22,908 nucleotides of DNA from Promethearchaeota archaeon (GTDB lineage Archaea > Asgardarchaeota > Thorarchaeia > Thorarchaeales > Thorarchaeaceae): the NCBI GenBank assembly GCA_027031765.1, contig JALVPN010000218.1, forward strand, positions 1 to 22,908. The letters are read 5' to 3'. Below the pieces are notes generated by a model. That model was not told where the DNA came from. It worked only from the letters and a program-made list of their open reading frames with translations, and ran no database searches. Of this stretch, positions 15,483-22,908 are shown piece by piece. Each line of letters opens with the position of its first letter. The first letter of the stretch is position 1. Position numbers and translations under genes: made by a program.

Positions 15483-15881
15483 CTAGAAGGCCTTGAACAC
15501 CTTTGCCAGCGACGGCCCGCACACATGCATTGCAAACTCGTTCAGCCCCGCGTGCACAATATGCACGTCGTACTCGCGTGTCCGCAGGCGGGTGGCGGTC
15601 TCCTCGATAATTGCCTGTGCCTCTTCGGGTGTGGCCTTCTCTCCACCAAGGTGTGCAAAGGAGTGCAGCACCACCTGTCTGAGCCTGTGCTTCTGGGCAA
15701 TCCAGCGGATATTCTTCACCATCTTCCTGAGCACGGCGGTCCTGTCGTCTATGTCCTTGCTCTCAGCCTCAACCCAGACGAGGATGCAGTCTTCAAACCG
15801 GGTGGCGGTCCCACTGCTGTCACTGTCCTCGTCGTATGGGGCGTACCAGTAGTCCTTCACATGGAACATGAGCATCCGCAT
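15483..15881 (-). CDS. Free-standing archaeal threonyl-tRNA synthetase editing domain (DTD-like fold)
   Basis: MRMLMFH start, central VVLHSFAHLGGEKATPEEA, and C-terminal F.MHVCGPSLAKVFKAF, paralleling the archaeal ThrRS N-terminal editing domain (MRxLxIH...PF/YAHL...GHPLAELSR). Confidence 0.8.
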   Translation of the reverse strand: MRMLMFHVKDYWYAPYDEDSDSSGTATRFEDCILVWVEAESKDIDDRTAVLRKMVKNIRWIAQKHRLRQVVLHSFAHLGGEKATPEEAQAIIEETATRLRTREYDVHIVHAGLNEFAMHVCGPSLAKVFKAF

Positions 15882-15913
15882 GGTGGTGTCCGGGACTGGT
15901 GTACATCCGAGTA

Positions 15914-15922
15914 CCTTTTAAG
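15914..15922. promoter_or_regulatory. TATA-like element between the divergent ThrRS-editing and GGR genes
   Basis: CTTTTAAG. On the minus strand it lies about 35-40 nt upstream of ATG 15881. Confidence 0.45.
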
Positions 15923-16014
15923 TGTGCCATGTGCGCTCACACACCAGAGGCAGGACTCGCGTTGATGCTCAGTGCAACAGATACTGGTCACCCCATACCA
16001 CGAGGTACCCTACA

Positions 16015-17244
16015 ATGACCTTTGACATTGTGATTGCAGGGACCGGCCCTGCCGGCCTCATGACCGCGCAGAGGGGCGCCCGTGCGGGCCTCCGTACGGT
16101 TGTGCTTGAGAAGGGCGCCTGTGTGACAGACTCTCTCATGGGCGAACTCGTCACAGACAAGGCCCTGAGGTTATTGCGTATACGCCCCGACTCTGAGTAT
16201 GTCGGCAACAAGTACTCAGCAATAGTTGGCGAGAGCTTGGACACCGGTGCCAACATTGTCGTTGACCGGAACCTACTAGGTAGCTCCTACCTCCTCGATG
16301 AAGACCTGTGCCAGCTCCTCATGCGTGACAGGGCGGTTGCAGATGGTGCCGAGTTCCGGTACAACGCCCACGTCCAGTCTGTTGTGCGTGACAACGGCTC
16401 TGTGGTGGGTGTCCGGTACAATGGCGGCGAAGAGGTCAGGGCGCCACTCACAGTCGGTGCCGATGGCTCTTTCAGCCGGGTCTCGGACACTGCTGGTTTC
16501 ACGCGTCCCAAGTGGCTCCTGAGCTACGGTGTCCGTTGGAAGCTCGCAGGGTGCAAGGGTGTCGACCCGGATGTGGCATATTTCTATGTTGGCCGCGACG
16601 TGGGCCTCGGATACCTCTGGATGTACCCGCGTAGCGAGACCGAGGTCAACTTGGGTATAGGCCGCGTACCGACAACACGTTCCAAGCAGGCGCAGTTGCC
16701 GTCCATGATGGATGTCCTGGCCAAGTACAAGAAGGTAATCCCCGGGCTGGAGCCTGCAAGAGTCGTTGCAAAGAATGGTGGTGTGGTGCCATGCGCCGGC
16801 CTGATCCCGCGGTTCACTGATGCCGGTGTTGCACTGTGCGGCAACTCAGCTGGCCAAGTGTCCTCGATAGTTGGGGGCGGCGTGACCACCTGTCTGCATG
16901 CCGGGACGCTCCTTGCAAAGCATGCCGTGCGTGCCACTGAGGAGGATGACTTCTCTCGCGAGAGCATCCGGAGGTACGAGTCTGAGTACCGGAAGACACA
17001 CCTCGCCCGCAACATCCAGCAGACCGGCAAGGGGATGTGGGCAGTCGCCAAGTACTCAATGCTCAATGACCCTCTCAAGGCCGCTGAGACCGTCCTCAGC
17101 ACCCTCGACGCTAGGACCCTCAACGCATTGATCCAGGGCACCGCTGGTGTAGGCGAGATGTTCACTCTCTTCACTGACTTTCTCCCTACCGTCGTCCGGA
17201 TTGGCCTGGGGTATCTGAAGAGCATTGCTGTGACTGGCCTGTGA
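16015..17244 (+). CDS. Geranylgeranyl reductase family FAD-dependent oxidoreductase (DGGR-like)
   Basis: Start moved to ATG 16015. FDIVIAGTGPAGLMTA, VLEK, VGADG, GYLWMYP, NLGIG, GGVVP, and CGNSAGQV...GGG (the canonical GDAAG is here GNSAG). Confidence 0.85.
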   Translation: MTFDIVIAGTGPAGLMTAQRGARAGLRTVVLEKGACVTDSLMGELVTDKALRLLRIRPDSEYVGNKYSAIVGESLDTGANIVVDRNLLGSSYLLDEDLCQLLMRDRAVADGAEFRYNAHVQSVVRDNGSVVGVRYNGGEEVRAPLTVGADGSFSRVSDTAGFTRPKWLLSYGVRWKLAGCKGVDPDVAYFYVGRDVGLGYLWMYPRSETEVNLGIGRVPTTRSKQAQLPSMMDVLAKYKKVIPGLEPARVVAKNGGVVPCAGLIPRFTDAGVALCGNSAGQVSSIVGGGVTTCLHAGTLLAKHAVRATEEDDFSRESIRRYESEYRKTHLARNIQQTGKGMWAVAKYSMLNDPLKAAETVLSTLDARTLNALIQGTAGVGEMFTLFTDFLPTVVRIGLGYLKSIAVTGL

Positions 17245-17500
17245 CACGGGCAACAGTTCTGGTATATGCTACTCTGCACCGGTCAGCCCTGCCCATGTGT
17301 ACACTCCCCCCGCACACCACCACGCCACATACTACGATGAGCAGGAGTACAAGGGCGAGCGGCACGGCCTGACACCGCGTACACTGTGTCCTCGTAGTGT
17401 GGGCCTGCTGTGTCAAGCGCGTGCGAAAGGCCGCCCACTGGTGCATCCAGCGGTGAGCAGCCACCAGGTGCGTGAAGGCATGACGGGATGAAACGGGGTC

Positions 17501-17563
17501 AGAACAGAAAGGACAATCAAAAAGAGAGAGCGAAAGAAAGGATATGGCGGGGTGAACCCCGCC
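17501..17563 (-). terminator. Hairpin plus U-rich tract (minus-strand terminator-like)
   Basis: GGCGGGG-TTCA-CCCCGCC (17563-17546) followed by ATATCCTTTCTTTCGCTCTCTCTTTTTGATTGTCCTTTCTGTTCT. Confidence 0.55.
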
Positions 17564-17671
17564 TCCGTTTGTTGCCCGTGCTTACAATGGTGCGTGGACC
17601 TACAACATGCCAAGCGTGCTATGCTGGGCCTGTGGGCCAAAACTCTTTTCGGTACAGACCCACTAATACCC
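17510..17671 (-). ncRNA. Candidate small non-coding RNA of about 125-160 nt
   Basis: Minus-strand CGGAACG-C-TTTATAATA (BRE+TATA), GGG 30 nt downstream, a 5' stem-loop, a 3' perfect hairpin and a long pyrimidine tract. No credible ORF lies within it. Confidence 0.45.
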
Positions 17672-17692
17672 TGTTCCATACATCCCAGAACA

Positions 17693-17710
17693 TATTATAA
17701 AGCGTTCCGA
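17693..17710. promoter_or_regulatory. Bidirectional-looking BRE/TATA element
   Basis: The + strand reads CAGAACAT-ATTATAAAG and the - strand reads CGGAACGC-TTTATAATA. Confidence 0.6.
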
Positions 17711-17819
17711 GTGTCATGAGTCATAACGTTAGTATGTTGTTGGTGTGTGTTGCATGTCCTGCCCCATTATTGCTGACGACCTGCTACCTCGACACATGTC
17801 TGGCGAGTGAGGTGATCCC

Positions 17820-18857
17820 TTGTCATTGAGTGACGAGACTCGGAACTTGCTGAAACGGCTTGGGGCTATCCAGTCCTCCGAGAACCTCCCCCGGTCACTG
17901 CAGATACTCATTGCGCTCCTCCGGAGTCAAGGCTCACCTATGAGGCCCCTGTCATTCGGTGAGCTGTATGGTGCGATGCAGCAGATAGCTGGGTCGGACC
18001 TGACGAGGGCATGGGTGCACAGGGTCTTGAAAGGTCTTGTCGATGATGGCATTGTGAAGACCATGCCGGGCAAAGGACGGGCCCGGTACTACACGGATGT
18101 GGACACGATTGCCGACGGTCTGGAGCGCATGCGGGAGGCCCGGATGACGCACATCCGTGAAGAGGTCGCAGCGTTGCATGCCGAACTCGTGGAGCTTGAG
18201 AAGTGTGACTGTACTGCTCTTGCCGAACGTCTGTACATGGAGGTCACAGGGACGAGTTCAGCCCCGTGCTCGAGGCTGCTGAAGGGAATAGACGAGTTCC
18301 ACGATGTGACTAGCGAACTGATATACCGTGTGGCGCGTCAGGGTGATGTGATCCGCACCTGCCCCCTGTGGGTCAGTGAGTTCGTGGAGAATGCGCTGGT
18401 GCGTCTATCCCGACTCCTCGTCGCAGCTGAGCAAGGGGTTGAGATACGCTATCTCCTGACCAGCGACGCCTTCGTCCTTGACGATGTGCTCAGTGCAAAC
18501 GTGGACTTTGATGGTGTCCGGAAGTTCTTGGCAAAGACCTTGGAGCTCAGGAGGGCTGGCAAGAAACTCGATGTCCGGGTGTATTTTGGGCCCAAGGACA
18601 CATATCAGTTCGTGGCCCTCAACTCCGAACGGATTGCGTTCCTACTTGCTAGAGAGCCAATCACCGCTGTGTACTTCACCCGCGCCTTCAACGCAGACCT
18701 CATTGATGCCACGATTGCCACTTTTGATGTCAACTGGGAGAACGCAGTTTCCATGTTCGACCCGACCGTTCTGGAGCGGTTCCCACGTAGGGGCTTCATC
18801 CTAGATGCCCTCCTACGCTCTTTCGAGTCAGATGGCAGTGGGGGGCCCGGTAAATGA
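17820..18857 (+). CDS. TrmB-like transcriptional regulator 1 (winged HTH, coiled coil, PLD-like effector domain)
   Basis: TTG start with GAGGTGA SD. wHTH SFGELY...TRAWVHRVLKGLVDDGIV...RARYY; heptad helix; C-domain GVEIRYLL...YQFVALN...TFDVNWENA. Confidence 0.75.
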   Translation: MSLSDETRNLLKRLGAIQSSENLPRSLQILIALLRSQGSPMRPLSFGELYGAMQQIAGSDLTRAWVHRVLKGLVDDGIVKTMPGKGRARYYTDVDTIADGLERMREARMTHIREEVAALHAELVELEKCDCTALAERLYMEVTGTSSAPCSRLLKGIDEFHDVTSELIYRVARQGDVIRTCPLWVSEFVENALVRLSRLLVAAEQGVEIRYLLTSDAFVLDDVLSANVDFDGVRKFLAKTLELRRAGKKLDVRVYFGPKDTYQFVALNSERIAFLLAREPITAVYFTRAFNADLIDATIATFDVNWENAVSMFDPTVLERFPRRGFILDALLRSFESDGSGGPGK

Positions 18858-19780
18858 GTCGTGACCGACTATCAGGGGCCCTCTCGCTCCTTGGCATGAA
18901 TCTGGACAGGAAGCCCATGCGTGTGCTGGCGGCTGTTATCAGTGCGTGTTCCCATGAGGACAGACCGGCAACGTTTGCAGAGGTCTACGCAGAACTCCTG
19001 AGGTCTGAGGAGCATGACCCGGGGGCCAAGCCGCTTGTGTACCGGATGTTGTCAAGACTGGAGCGTTCCGGCCTCGTGCAGGTTGACAGGAGCTCGTATC
19101 ATCACCGGTACTGGGTTGACAGGGGTCTGTTGACCGTAGCCTTCCACGAACAGAAGTATAGGACCATCACCATCAACCAGGCACGTATCAAGGAACTGCG
19201 GGGACAGGCCCAGCGCATCAGTATGCTTGACCCCTCGGCCCTTGCACAGGCCATGATTGCTCACATGACCAACAACCTGGTGGAGCGCTCGCGCTCGGCT
19301 ATCGGCGCCGCGGTCACCTCGAAGCTTGTTGAAGAGTATGTATATAGCCGTGCAAAGTCAGGAGACACCATACGTATTGCCCTGTCAAGTGTTCCAATGG
19401 GTCGAGAGCACCTGCGCATACGGGTAGACCGGTTGAAGGAGATAGTGAGCCAAGGTTGCCGTGTACATGCAATACTCTACTCTTTCCACACGTGCCCCCC
19501 TGAAACAGCCGAGTCCCTGATGTCCATCCGAGTGTCTACCGCAGAGTCATCTCCGCTCCGTGTGCTGTACAGCGTGGAGCCTATCCGTAGCTACCAGTTC
19601 GTTGCACTCAACAAGGAGAACATGTTACTTGTAGTGTCCACGAACCCTCTCGCAGTGGTTCTCGTAACACATAGGATGCAGCCGCGCATCATAGAGGACG
19701 TTATCGAGCGCTTTGATGCTGACTTTGAGAGAATGATACACGAGCTGGAACAGGACGGCGGGGTGCCAAATGGACTATGA
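18854..19780 (+). CDS. TrmB-like transcriptional regulator 2
   Basis: ATGA overlap with the upstream gene. wHTH ATFAEVY...PLVYRMLSRLERSGLV...HRYW; C-domain GCRVHAIL...YQFVALN...RFDADF. Confidence 0.75.
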   Translation: MSRDRLSGALSLLGMNLDRKPMRVLAAVISACSHEDRPATFAEVYAELLRSEEHDPGAKPLVYRMLSRLERSGLVQVDRSSYHHRYWVDRGLLTVAFHEQKYRTITINQARIKELRGQAQRISMLDPSALAQAMIAHMTNNLVERSRSAIGAAVTSKLVEEYVYSRAKSGDTIRIALSSVPMGREHLRIRVDRLKEIVSQGCRVHAILYSFHTCPPETAESLMSIRVSTAESSPLRVLYSVEPIRSYQFVALNKENMLLVVSTNPLAVVLVTHRMQPRIIEDVIERFDADFERMIHELEQDGGVPNGL

Positions 19781-20717
19781 GGAGATGCAGGACTGGCTGG
19801 CCCTGTTGGGGCTTGACCTCTCGTCACGAGAGATGTTGATTCTGCGGGCAGTACTACGTATCGCCACACAGTCTGGAGGGTTTGCCACTGCCGCTGACAT
19901 CCACAAGGAGATTGCGCATACGGAGGAGCGAAGCATTGCGAGGTCGTGGATATACAAGTGCTTGGCCTCTCTTGAGAAACAACACTTCATCCTGGCCGAC
20001 CATGTGGCCTCTCCCAAACGCTATATCGCAACTGAAGACACTGTGCGTGCGGCCATCGAGTTGCTGATCCGTCACCGCTCTCAAGACATAGAGTCTGAGA
20101 TCCGTACACTGAAGGATAGTCTCCGTAAGACGGAGAGTGTGAGTCCTGCCCAGGTCGCGAACGACCTCTATGACTACGTGTTGGGAGAGCATGATGGCAC
20201 TCGTGCAACGACCCTTGAGAGCGCACAGCAAATCCGCGCTCTACTGACCGAGAAGATACAGGCCCTTCCAGCTGGTTCCATTGTCAGGGCAATAGAGCCA
20301 TCCCTGACGTACGATGTTGAGAGCATACTTTGGGACGTGGTCGAAACTGCTCTGGCGGCCGTGAAACGCGGTGTGAAGTTCCGTGTCCTGTTTGTAGTTG
20401 CGCCTGATGACTACAGGGTCGATACGGTATATGATGCTATCGACTCCTATGGTCCCGAGGCCAAGAGTACCATACTGTCCTCCAAGATTGAACTCCGACA
20501 CATACTCCGCGAAGGACTGACATACCGGGCAATCGTGTTCAATGACGAGTCGATGATACTGATTGTGACCGCAATGGCCCCGCTAAGCCAAGGCGTGTTC
20601 CTGACGCGGGACGACAACCCGCTGCTCATCCGTGATACCATTGCCAAGTTCGAGGAGTACTGGGCCCAGGGACGTGAACTTGCAAAGGCCATCCGTGAAC
20701 TCCAGCGTGATGGCTAG
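19770..20717 (+). CDS. TrmB-like transcriptional regulator 3
   Basis: 11-nt overlap with the upstream gene. LLGL.LS.RE..IL.A, ATAADI...RSWIYKCLASLEKQHFI...PKRY; C-domain RGVKFRVL...YRAIVFND...KFEEYWAQG. Confidence 0.8.
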   Translation: MDYEEMQDWLALLGLDLSSREMLILRAVLRIATQSGGFATAADIHKEIAHTEERSIARSWIYKCLASLEKQHFILADHVASPKRYIATEDTVRAAIELLIRHRSQDIESEIRTLKDSLRKTESVSPAQVANDLYDYVLGEHDGTRATTLESAQQIRALLTEKIQALPAGSIVRAIEPSLTYDVESILWDVVETALAAVKRGVKFRVLFVVAPDDYRVDTVYDAIDSYGPEAKSTILSSKIELRHILREGLTYRAIVFNDESMILIVTAMAPLSQGVFLTRDDNPLLIRDTIAKFEEYWAQGRELAKAIRELQRDG

Positions 20718-21811
20718 GAGTCCGCCCCTGCTGAGTCCCCGCCAGCAGAAGGTGCCACCCACGACATGTCCTTTGAGAGCGTGACGAAGATGTCGTCGCA
20801 GACAGCCTCGAAGTCCTCATATGACCCGTACTCGCCACCGGCTGCATACTCATGGCCGCCACCATTGAACAACTTGGCCACCATGTTGCACAGTACGCTC
20901 TCATTGCCACGCCTGAAACCGAGTTTGCCCCCCTGTCCGAGCGTTATGACCAGGTCGGCCACTGGCAGGCTCTTGCCATCGACCTTCAGGTTCTCCGGGT
21001 CGCACAGGAACGTGCCCATGTCCGTGGTGGTCACTCCGCGGGGGAGCTCCACAATCCTGACCAGTCGGCCGTGTACGGTGTGGTCGCAGTGGCCCAGGAG
21101 CGCCTTCCGCATCCGTTTGGCCTTTTCCTTCCTGTAGTACTTCACCCTCTCTTCAAGTACTGGGTCTTTGAAGCAGTCCTTCTCCCGGTCCCATACACCG
21201 TCCAGGCCCCCATGCGCCAGCTTGCTCAGCAGGGGCAGCAGGGCTGATGTCATGTCCTCGCCCCGGTCCACTACACCGAACCTTATTACCGACAGCGCGT
21301 CTGTCAGGGCATTTGCAGCCTCTATCTCTCTGAGGTTGAAGTCACTGTCATGTGCAACCCTTGCGAGCTCTTCCGACACGGCATCCCTCGGCATGAGCAC
21401 CCGGAACGCTATCTCGGCAGCACAGTAGTCGTGGTTGACCTTTAGCACTGGCCTGTTGCCAAGGGAGAGCACCTTCTTGATGGCTGTCGGTGTCCACTGG
21501 TGGTGGTCGAGCCAGACGACCCTGCACCCTTGTGCAACGGCTCTCTCTAGCAGCTGGACGACAGTGTCCACGGAGTTGTCCTCCATCCCCAAGTCGGTGA
21601 CCACGACCAGCGTGTTGCGTCGTGTTGCTACAGTCGAGAATACCGGCTCAAATGAGCCATAGTCTGTGAGTATCACTTCGTGGTCCAGGCCGTGGGCCAT
21701 TGCATATCTCCAGACAATGGCTGCTGAGGTGAGGCCGTCAACATCCTTATCGTGAGAGATTGATAGCAGCGACCTGATGCGCCGCGTCTTTTCTGTCCTG
21801 TGGTTGCTCAT
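20714..21811 (-). CDS. DHH/DHHA1 family phosphoesterase
   Basis: HDKDVDG (motif I), TDLG (II), DHH (III), CAA, and DHHA1 GGGHEYAAG. Confidence 0.88.
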   Translation of the reverse strand: MSNHRTEKTRRIRSLLSISHDKDVDGLTSAAIVWRYAMAHGLDHEVILTDYGSFEPVFSTVATRRNTLVVVTDLGMEDNSVDTVVQLLERAVAQGCRVVWLDHHQWTPTAIKKVLSLGNRPVLKVNHDYCAAEIAFRVLMPRDAVSEELARVAHDSDFNLREIEAANALTDALSVIRFGVVDRGEDMTSALLPLLSKLAHGGLDGVWDREKDCFKDPVLEERVKYYRKEKAKRMRKALLGHCDHTVHGRLVRIVELPRGVTTTDMGTFLCDPENLKVDGKSLPVADLVITLGQGGKLGFRRGNESVLCNMVAKLFNGGGHEYAAGGEYGSYEDFEAVCDDIFVTLSKDMSWVAPSAGGDSAGADS

Positions 21812-22042
21812 CCCAGTGCGGAGCGGCGGATGACCTTTTGTTTCTTCCCCTCACAGTTTCAGTGTCCTCCATGCCCGGAGAAACCCCCTGATGTCACAGT
21901 CCGGGGACTGACAGTCTGCCGACCCGGGCCGTCACGGTCACGTGTGACGCGCCGTACGCACAGGCCCTGCCGGGTGACGACAGCCCCGGTGCAAGACTCG
22001 AAAGTATTTTCTCTTGTTCTGCGTCCACAATGGTGTGCTCCT

Positions 22043-22908
22043 ATGACTGTGACCGGCTCTGAACCTGTGCTATTGAACGGCAACCAGGCCATTGCGCGTG
22101 GTGCCTTGGAGGCTGGGATTGGTTTCTGTGCGGCGTATCCCGGGACACCATCAACTGAGATTGCTGAGTACGTCATGCGGTTTGTTGACGAGCTCGGCCT
22201 GTATGCCGAGTGGAGCGTGAACGAAAAGGTGGCCATGGAGGCTGCTGCGGGCGCCAGCTGGGCCGGTGTGCCTGCGCTCTGCGCCATGAAGTCCCTAGGG
22301 ATGAATGTCGCATCGGACTTCCTGCTCAACCTGGACCTCTCGGGCTCCGGGCCTGGTGGCCTTGTGGTTGTGGTCTGTGATGACCCCCGGGGCCACAGCT
22401 CGAGTAACGAACAGGACACGAGGTTCTATGCCAAGGCTGCTGGCCTTCCACTGCTCGAGCCCTCGACATGTCAGCAGGCACATGATATCATGCCCTATGC
22501 CTTTGACCTGTCAAGGCGCTATGGCCTCCCGGTCATAGTACGGAGTACCACTAGGCTCAGCCATTCCCGTGCCCCAGTATATGTGGGCAAGATACCACGC
22601 ACGGAGTGGACCCCAACACCTACCATTCCGGACTCCCTCTTCAATGTCCCACACCCCCACCTCCGGCACAGAGATCTGCTGGCGACGCTCCAGCGGGTTG
22701 CTGCTGAGTTCGAGTCGTCAGAGTTCAACAGTGTGCCCCATCGTGACCACTATGACCTGCTCATTGTGGCATCGGGGGTCTGCCAGCGGTACGCCCTTGA
22801 GGCCGTTTCTCTTGCTGGACTTGAAGACTCTGCTCTCCTGGGCCTCGTCACGACCTATCCCATGCCGTCACACTCTGTCCTAGGGGCCATCGGCATGGCC
22901 GACCGGGT
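22043..22908 (+). CDS. iorA: Indolepyruvate:ferredoxin oxidoreductase alpha subunit (partial, runs off the right edge; absent from the ORF track)
   Basis: Manual translation from ATG 22043 is open to the window end: LLNGNQAIARGALEAG...YPGTPSTEI...YAEWSVNEKVAMEAAAGAS...MKSLGMNVASD...DDPRGHSSSNEQDTR...EPSTCQQA...PVIVRSTTRLSH. Confidence 0.92.
   Translation, partial: MTVTGSEPVLLNGNQAIARGALEAGIGFCAAYPGTPSTEIAEYVMRFVDELGLYAEWSVNEKVAMEAAAGASWAGVPALCAMKSLGMNVASDFLLNLDLSGSGPGGLVVVVCDDPRGHSSSNEQDTRFYAKAAGLPLLEPSTCQQAHDIMPYAFDLSRRYGLPVIVRSTTRLSHSRAPVYVGKIPRTEWTPTPTIPDSLFNVPHPHLRHRDLLATLQRVAAEFESSEFNSVPHRDHYDLLIVASGVCQRYALEAVSLAGLEDSALLGLVTTYPMPSHSVLGAIGMADR

Noticed and set aside
17478-17505. ATGA...AAA...GA pattern resembling a SECIS element
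   Set aside because: The intervening arms do not base-pair, and no in-frame UGA was seen in neighbouring genes.
17413-17679. 88-aa minus-strand ORF (and overlapping small ORFs 17186-17911)
   Set aside because: Its start lies only about 16 nt from the TATA box, upstream of the predicted TSS. Its hydrophobic stretch is a by-product of the pyrimidine tract, and there are no motifs.
21859-22883. Several small ORFs in the track at the right end
   Set aside because: They overlap the real iorA frame starting at 22043, which the track omitted because it has no stop inside the window.
1-22908. CRISPR arrays, tRNA/rRNA genes, transposases, integrases
   Set aside because: By eye I found no regularly spaced repeats, no T-arm/cloverleaf signature and no recombinase/transposase motifs. 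A tRNAscan-SE/Infernal run would be needed to exclude atypical RNAs.

Overview
A GC-rich archaeal chromosomal segment, most likely from an Asgard archaeon (Thorarchaeia-like). The lineage call is an inference from a single-domain gelsolin-like gene, an archaeal ThrRS editing domain, a geranylgeranyl reductase, TrmB-like regulators, IorA and TATA/BRE-type promoters. Left to right the window holds: a 2-oxoacid/acetoin dehydrogenase cluster (end of E1-alpha, E1-beta, E2, lipoate ligase; no E3 in the window); AhpD/CMD-like, cupin and Zn-dependent dehydrogenase genes; a gelsolin-like gene; a membrane zinc-ribbon protein; a small beta-sandwich protein; a membrane-anchored purple-acid-phosphatase-like enzyme; an unknown protein with four internal repeats; a polysaccharide deacetylase plus hexapeptide acyltransferase converging on an acpS-fkbH-acp operon; a degenerate Hef-like SF2 helicase behind a free-standing ThrRS editing domain; a GGR; three tandem TrmB-like paralogs; a DHH phosphoesterase; and the start of iorA, which the ORF track missed. 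I saw no rRNA, tRNA, CRISPR array or mobile element. Best leads: (1) a bacterial-type phosphopantetheine/ACP module in an archaeon, whose ACP has Ala at the canonical Ser36 attachment site; (2) two candidate structured non-coding RNAs at about 2510-2740 and 17510-17671; (3) the triple TrmB-like operon; (4) the motif-degenerate helicase. All family calls come from motif recognition by eye; no database search was run.
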